Shown: piece by piece, positions 35,721 through 40,062 of the stretch
How the letters are laid out: the number at the start of each line of letters is the position of its first letter
Position numbering within the stretch: the stretch's first letter is position 1
NCBI GenBank assembly: GCA_035269045.1
Contig: DATFJS010000177.1
Span: forward strand, 1-40,062
Reading direction: 5' to 3'
DNA from: Longimicrobiales bacterium
GTDB taxonomy: Bacteria > Gemmatimonadota > Gemmatimonadetes > Longimicrobiales > Gaopeijiaceae
DNA length: 40,062 nucleotides
The notes under the pieces: generated by a model
Seen by the model: the letters and a program-made list of their open reading frames with translations, nothing else
What the model was told of the DNA's origin: nothing
The model's database searches: none
Position numbers and translations under genes: made by a program

Positions 35721-37394
35721 ATGAAGTCGCAGGCCGTACACAATTCAGGAGAAGCCGCCGCGATGCAAGGCCACGCATCGGGTTCCCCGGACCGCGAGCT
35801 GCTGGTTCTCGGGCGGATCCGGACGATGGACCCGTCGACACCCGCCGTGCGAGCCATGGCCGTTCGGGACGGCGTGATCGCTGCTCGGGGCACCCGGTCC
35901 GAGGCAGCAGGCATGCTGTCCTCCGACGCACCGGTGCTGGACGTGGGCGAGCGCCTCGTTCTGCCCGGGCTGATCGATGCGCACGCCCATCTGGTGGACG
36001 GCGGACTTTTCCTTGCGGCCCTGGACCTCGACGGGGTCACATCCAGGAGCCAGTGGGACGCGCGTGTTTCGGCGCACCTCGATACCCATGAGGGAGCCTG
36101 GGTGACGGGGGGTGGGTGGGATCACGAGCGTTGGGGCGGGCGCCTGCCCGATCGAGCGTGGCTCGATACCCACACCGGCACGCGACCGGCGCTGCTGATG
36201 CGATCGGACCTTCACATGGCGCTCGCGAGCAGCGCCGCCCTGACTCGTGCGGGAATCGATCGGGACGGACGGACCGCCGATCCGGACGGGGGGCAGATCG
36301 TTCGCCGCGAGGACGGGACGCCGACCGGGGTCCTGCGCGACACCGCGATCGAGCTGGTGACGGCACACATGCCGGCGCCCGAACCGGCGGAGCTCCGCGC
36401 GGCCGTGGAGCGAGCGGTCGCTCACGCACATCGACACGGCGTCACCCAGATCCACGACATGGGAGAGCTCCCCCCCTCGTGGCGTGACCTCGACATCCTC
36501 GAGGCCATCGACGCCGAGGGTCTTCTGAGCCTGCGTGTCTCCGTCGCGACACCTGTGGGGGACTGGAGCCGGCTCGCCGACCGCATCGCCTCCCGTGGAC
36601 GGGGCGGAGAGTTTCTTCGCTGGGGCGGCGTGAAGGGGTTCGTCGACGGAAGTCTGGGCGCGGGGACGGCCCGCTTTCACGAGCCCTTCGACGACCTGCC
36701 GGACAGCCGCGGGCTGGTCGTGAACGACCCCGACCAGCTGAGATCGGACATCGAGAGCGCCTGGGACGCAGGCATCCAGCCGATCGTGCACGCCATCGGC
36801 GATGCTGCCGTGGACTGGCTCGTCGACGTGTTCGAGGGTCTCGGGCCCGTCCGGGGCGATCTTCCACCGCCGAGAATCGAGCACGCCCAGCACCTCGGTC
36901 CCGACACCGCCGAACGGATGGCACGGTCGGGTGCGATCGCCTCGATGCAGCCGGTCCACCTCGTCGCGGACGCCCCATGGCTCGAACGGAGGCTGGGAGT
37001 CGAGCGCGCGAGTCGGTCCTACGCCATCCGTACGCTCGCCGAGGCGGGCGTTCCGCTCGCCTTCGGCAGCGACTGGACCGTCGCACCCCTCGACCCGCTG
37101 GTCGGCATCCGTGCCGCGGTCGAGCGGCGCGGCGTGGACGGGACGGTGTTCGAGACGGACGAGGCGATCGGCTGGGAGCAGGCGCTCGCCGGCTACACCC
37201 GAGGTGCCGCGGCGGCGGCGGGCTTTCGTGACCGGACCGGAATTCTTGCGCCCGGGGCGTGGGCGGACTTCGTCGTTCTCGAAGAAAACGAGCCGCTCGA
37301 CGCGTATGATGGGTCGTACGAAGGGCTGGGCGACGCGCGAGTGGCGCGCACCTTCGTCGGAGGAGCGCAGGTGTATCGACGGGAGACGGGATGA
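35721..37394 (+). CDS. Amidohydrolase family 3 (YtcJ-like)
   Basis: LPGLIDAHAH, KGFVDGSLG, HAIGD, RIEHAQH and AFGSDW motifs. Confidence 0.92.
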   Translation: MKSQAVHNSGEAAAMQGHASGSPDRELLVLGRIRTMDPSTPAVRAMAVRDGVIAARGTRSEAAGMLSSDAPVLDVGERLVLPGLIDAHAHLVDGGLFLAALDLDGVTSRSQWDARVSAHLDTHEGAWVTGGGWDHERWGGRLPDRAWLDTHTGTRPALLMRSDLHMALASSAALTRAGIDRDGRTADPDGGQIVRREDGTPTGVLRDTAIELVTAHMPAPEPAELRAAVERAVAHAHRHGVTQIHDMGELPPSWRDLDILEAIDAEGLLSLRVSVATPVGDWSRLADRIASRGRGGEFLRWGGVKGFVDGSLGAGTARFHEPFDDLPDSRGLVVNDPDQLRSDIESAWDAGIQPIVHAIGDAAVDWLVDVFEGLGPVRGDLPPPRIEHAQHLGPDTAERMARSGAIASMQPVHLVADAPWLERRLGVERASRSYAIRTLAEAGVPLAFGSDWTVAPLDPLVGIRAAVERRGVDGTVFETDEAIGWEQALAGYTRGAAAAAGFRDRTGILAPGAWADFVVLEENEPLDAYDGSYEGLGDARVARTFVGGAQVYRRETG

Positions 37395-38086
37395 ACGAGG
37401 AAAAGAGGGGAGCCGCCGGAAGCCGCTCGAGCGAGCGGGACCGGGAGGCGGTGATCGATCGGCTGTCCGACGCCTTCGCCGACGACCGCCTCGGGATGGA
37501 GGAGTTCGAGCGACGGCTCGAGTTGGCGCACCGGGCGGAGACCTCCGAAGAACTCACGGAGCTCCTTGCCGACCTGCCACGTGAGGCGGCCCCCGTGGCG
37601 CGGCGACCCGATCCGGTTCCGAGCCACCCCTCCACACCCCGTCCACCCGCGCCTGTGCGGGTCCCCGAGAAGTCGCTCGTGGCCGGCGTCCTCGGGGGCG
37701 GCGACCGGAGTGGCGGCTGGGTACCGGCCCGGAATACCACCGCCATCGGCGTCATGGGAGGCGTGAGTCTGGACCTCCGGGAAAGCCCCTTGGCGTCCGG
37801 CGTGACCGAGATCGAGTGCTACACGCTGATGGGCGGGATCGACATCATCGCGCCCCCCGGCGTGCACATCGAATGCAACGGGATCGGGTTCCTGGGCGGA
37901 TTCGAGTACCGGCAGGAGGAGCCGCCGATGGATCCGGACGCACCCGTTCTCCGCATCAGCGGCTTCGCCGTGATGGGGGGCGTGAGCGTGTCGGTGCGGG
38001 AGCCCGGCGAGAGCGCGGGTGACGCGAAGCGCCGACGCCGCGCCCTCAGAAAGGAGCGGCGCCGGGCTCTGCGCAGAGGAGACTGA
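37391..38086 (+). CDS. DUF1707 (SHOCT-like) plus LiaF/DUF2154-like protein
   Basis: DREAVIDRLSDAFADDRLGMEEFERRL...LLADLP, followed by repeated MGGxxxD beta strands. Confidence 0.85.
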   Translation: MNEEKRGAAGSRSSERDREAVIDRLSDAFADDRLGMEEFERRLELAHRAETSEELTELLADLPREAAPVARRPDPVPSHPSTPRPPAPVRVPEKSLVAGVLGGGDRSGGWVPARNTTAIGVMGGVSLDLRESPLASGVTEIECYTLMGGIDIIAPPGVHIECNGIGFLGGFEYRQEEPPMDPDAPVLRISGFAVMGGVSVSVREPGESAGDAKRRRRALRKERRRALRRGD

Positions 38087-38098
38087 TCGGGGCGCCGA

Positions 38099-38515
38099 TC
38101 AGCAGTGCTCGGCGTACGCCTCCTGCAGGCCCGCCGCGATCTGCTGCGGCGTGCTCCCCTCGATCTGGTGACGCTCCATCATCCAGACCAGCTCCTGGTC
38201 CTTGAACAACGCCACCGCCGGCGAAGAAGGCGGGTAGCCCGTGATGTACTGGCGTGCGCGCTCGGTCGCCTCGAGATCCTGACCGGCGAACACCGTGGTG
38301 AGCAACTCGGGCTTCGGCCCCTCCTGCAGCGACAGGTACACGCCGGGACGGGCCGCGCCGGCGGCACAGCCGCAGACGGAATTCACGACCAGGAGCGTCG
38401 TCCGGGTCTCGCTTCCGAGCACCTCGTCGACGTCCTCGGCGGAGCGGAGTTCCTTGAATCCGATGCGCACCAGGTCCTCTCGCATCGGGGCAACCAGCAT
38501 CTCGGGGTACGGCAT
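38099..38515 (-). CDS. BrxA/BrxB family bacilliredoxin
   Basis: VNSVCGCAAGAARP, TVFAGQDLEAT, YPPSSP and ERHQIEG motifs. Confidence 0.92.
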   Translation of the reverse strand: MPYPEMLVAPMREDLVRIGFKELRSAEDVDEVLGSETRTTLLVVNSVCGCAAGAARPGVYLSLQEGPKPELLTTVFAGQDLEATERARQYITGYPPSSPAVALFKDQELVWMMERHQIEGSTPQQIAAGLQEAYAEHC

Positions 38516-38549
38516 ATGCCTGTCTCGTTCTTCCAGTGGGCGTATCTGC

Positions 38550-38573
38550 TTCGTGAACGCGTTCGTGAACGCG
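38550..38573. repeat. 12-bp perfect tandem repeat containing a palindrome
   Basis: ttcgtgaacgcg x2, which creates gaacgcgttc, in the divergent intergenic region. Confidence 0.7.
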
Positions 38574-38654
38574 GCCCGGGCGGGCATCGGTTGCCGCCGG
38601 CGCGCACGCCCTAGAAGATAGCATGTCTGCCCCGCCGGGACCGCAGCCCCCCTG

Positions 38655-39779
38655 ATGACACAGCCGATGCCTCGTCCAGCCACCCTTCGAACCGCCCCGA
38701 TCCTCGCCTCTCTGCTGGTCGGCGCGATCCTCCTGGCGGCGTGCTCCACTCCGGACGACGGCGAACCCGGTCGGGATGATCCGCCCGGGTCGACGTCGGA
38801 GACGGTGGAGTCCGTCCCCAACGCGGTCAGGGCGGGGAATCCCGCCGGTGAGGCCATGCTCGACCCGGACGGCCCCCGCCTCGCCTATCCGACAGCGGGC
38901 CTCACGGACACGCTGCCGGGATCGGCATGGACGGTCGCGGACTGGGAGATCTTCCGGGATGCCGTGACCACGGCGACCGATGCCGAGGTCGCCGAGCTCC
39001 CGCTGGGCGACGCCGTGGGGCGCGTCGGCTCGCTGTTCGTCGGGTGGCCCTACACGCCCCAGACGCTGGAGGCGCCGTGGATCGAGGCCGCCGCGGCCGG
39101 AGCGCCCATGGACGGGTCCCTCGAGCGGCTGGTCATCAACCTCCGGGAGTTCGACTGCGTCTCCTTCGTCGAGAACGCCCTCGCGCTCACGTGGTTCGTG
39201 CGCACGCACGGAACCGGCCTCCTCGACGATCCGGAGACCGCCCGCTCGACCTACGAGGATCTCATCGTCTCGCTGCGGTACCGGGACGCCACCGTGGACG
39301 GCTACGCCAGCCGACTCCACTACTTCACCGAGTGGCTCGGCGACAACGCGCGGCGCGGGTCCCTCGAGCTGATTCACCCGGATCTCGATCCCGCCCTCGA
39401 CGACGAGCCGATCGACTTCATGACCACCCATGTCGAGGCGTACCCCGCGCTGGCCGACGATCCGGAGACGGTCGAGCGGATCCGGCGGATGGAGGCCCGG
39501 CTGAATGCGGACCTGCCCCGGCCCTGGGTGCCCGGTGACCGGATCTCAGGGGTGTCAGACCGGATCCGAACCGGCGACGTGATCGCCGCGACCTCGACGG
39601 TCGAGGGCCTCGATGTAGCGCACACCGGTATCGCGATCCGGCTCGACGGTGAGATCCACCTGATGCACGCCCCGCTGGTCGGATCGGAAGTCCAGATCTC
39701 ACCCGTGCCGCTGGCGGATCGTATCGCGCGCATCGAGGGGCAGGACGGCATCCTGGTGGCGCGTCCGCTCGAGCGCTGA
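38655..39779 (+). CDS. DUF1460 (AmiA-like, NlpC/P60 superfamily) amidase lipoprotein
   Basis: Lipobox LAAC, LERLVINLREFDCVSFVE, RLHYFTEW, GLDVAHTG and MHA motifs. Confidence 0.88.
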   Translation: MTQPMPRPATLRTAPILASLLVGAILLAACSTPDDGEPGRDDPPGSTSETVESVPNAVRAGNPAGEAMLDPDGPRLAYPTAGLTDTLPGSAWTVADWEIFRDAVTTATDAEVAELPLGDAVGRVGSLFVGWPYTPQTLEAPWIEAAAAGAPMDGSLERLVINLREFDCVSFVENALALTWFVRTHGTGLLDDPETARSTYEDLIVSLRYRDATVDGYASRLHYFTEWLGDNARRGSLELIHPDLDPALDDEPIDFMTTHVEAYPALADDPETVERIRRMEARLNADLPRPWVPGDRISGVSDRIRTGDVIAATSTVEGLDVAHTGIAIRLDGEIHLMHAPLVGSEVQISPVPLADRIARIEGQDGILVARPLER

Positions 39780-39810
39780 GCGACGCGGGCGTGGCCGGAC
39801 CGGGCGCTGT

Positions 39811-40062
39811 TCAGCCGAAGGCGATCGGCAACAGGACCACCGCCATGACCGTCACCACCACGACGGCGAGCAGGTTCATCCACACGCCCGCCTTCACCAT
39901 GTGGCGGATCTCGAGGTAGTCGGCACCGAAGACGATCGCGTTCGGCGGCGTCGCGACCGGCAGCATGAACGCCATCGACGCGGCCAGCCCGGCCGTAACC
40001 ATCAGCGGAAGCGCGGGCGTACCCATGGCCGCCGCGGCGCCCACCAGCAGCGGCATCGCCAT
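39811..40062 (-). CDS. DASS/SLC13 family permease, C-terminal part (runs off window edge)
   Basis: AASMAFMLPVATPPNAIVF...MVKAG motif. Confidence 0.9.
   Translation of the reverse strand: MAMPLLVGAAAAMGTPALPLMVTAGLAASMAFMLPVATPPNAIVFGADYLEIRHMVKAGVWMNLLAVVVVTVMAVVLLPIAFG

Overview
High-GC bacterial chromosomal window with about 50 tightly packed, mostly housekeeping or envelope genes. Gene content suggests Gemmatimonadota, possibly Longimicrobiales-like; this is an inference, not a measured assignment. It runs from the 5' end of gyrA to a partial DASS/SLC13 permease. Contents include an ECF sigma/zinc anti-sigma operon, thiol/Fe-S genes (AhpD-like, SufT, CysM, bacilliredoxin, CcdA-DsbA), TolC, a PF10136-type membrane protein coupled to an NhaR-type LysR regulator, NfeD-flotillin, a cold-shock protein, a secreted Zn metalloprotease, PduO, a ferredoxin, an M20 hydrolase, an amidohydrolase and a DUF1460 amidase. 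I saw no rRNA, tRNA, CRISPR array, transposase or prophage. Most notable: (i) a lone BciA/DVR-like 8-vinyl reductase, hinting at a phototrophic host; (ii) two copies of a CTAG-flanked MITE-like element, each on a TAG stop codon; (iii) the 'recombinase'-family membrane protein-nhaR pair; (iv) two apparently catalytically degenerate enzymes and an HTH-zinc-ribbon-TM protein. All family calls come from motif recognition by eye, not database searches, and many start codons were re-picked downstream of the ORF-track starts.
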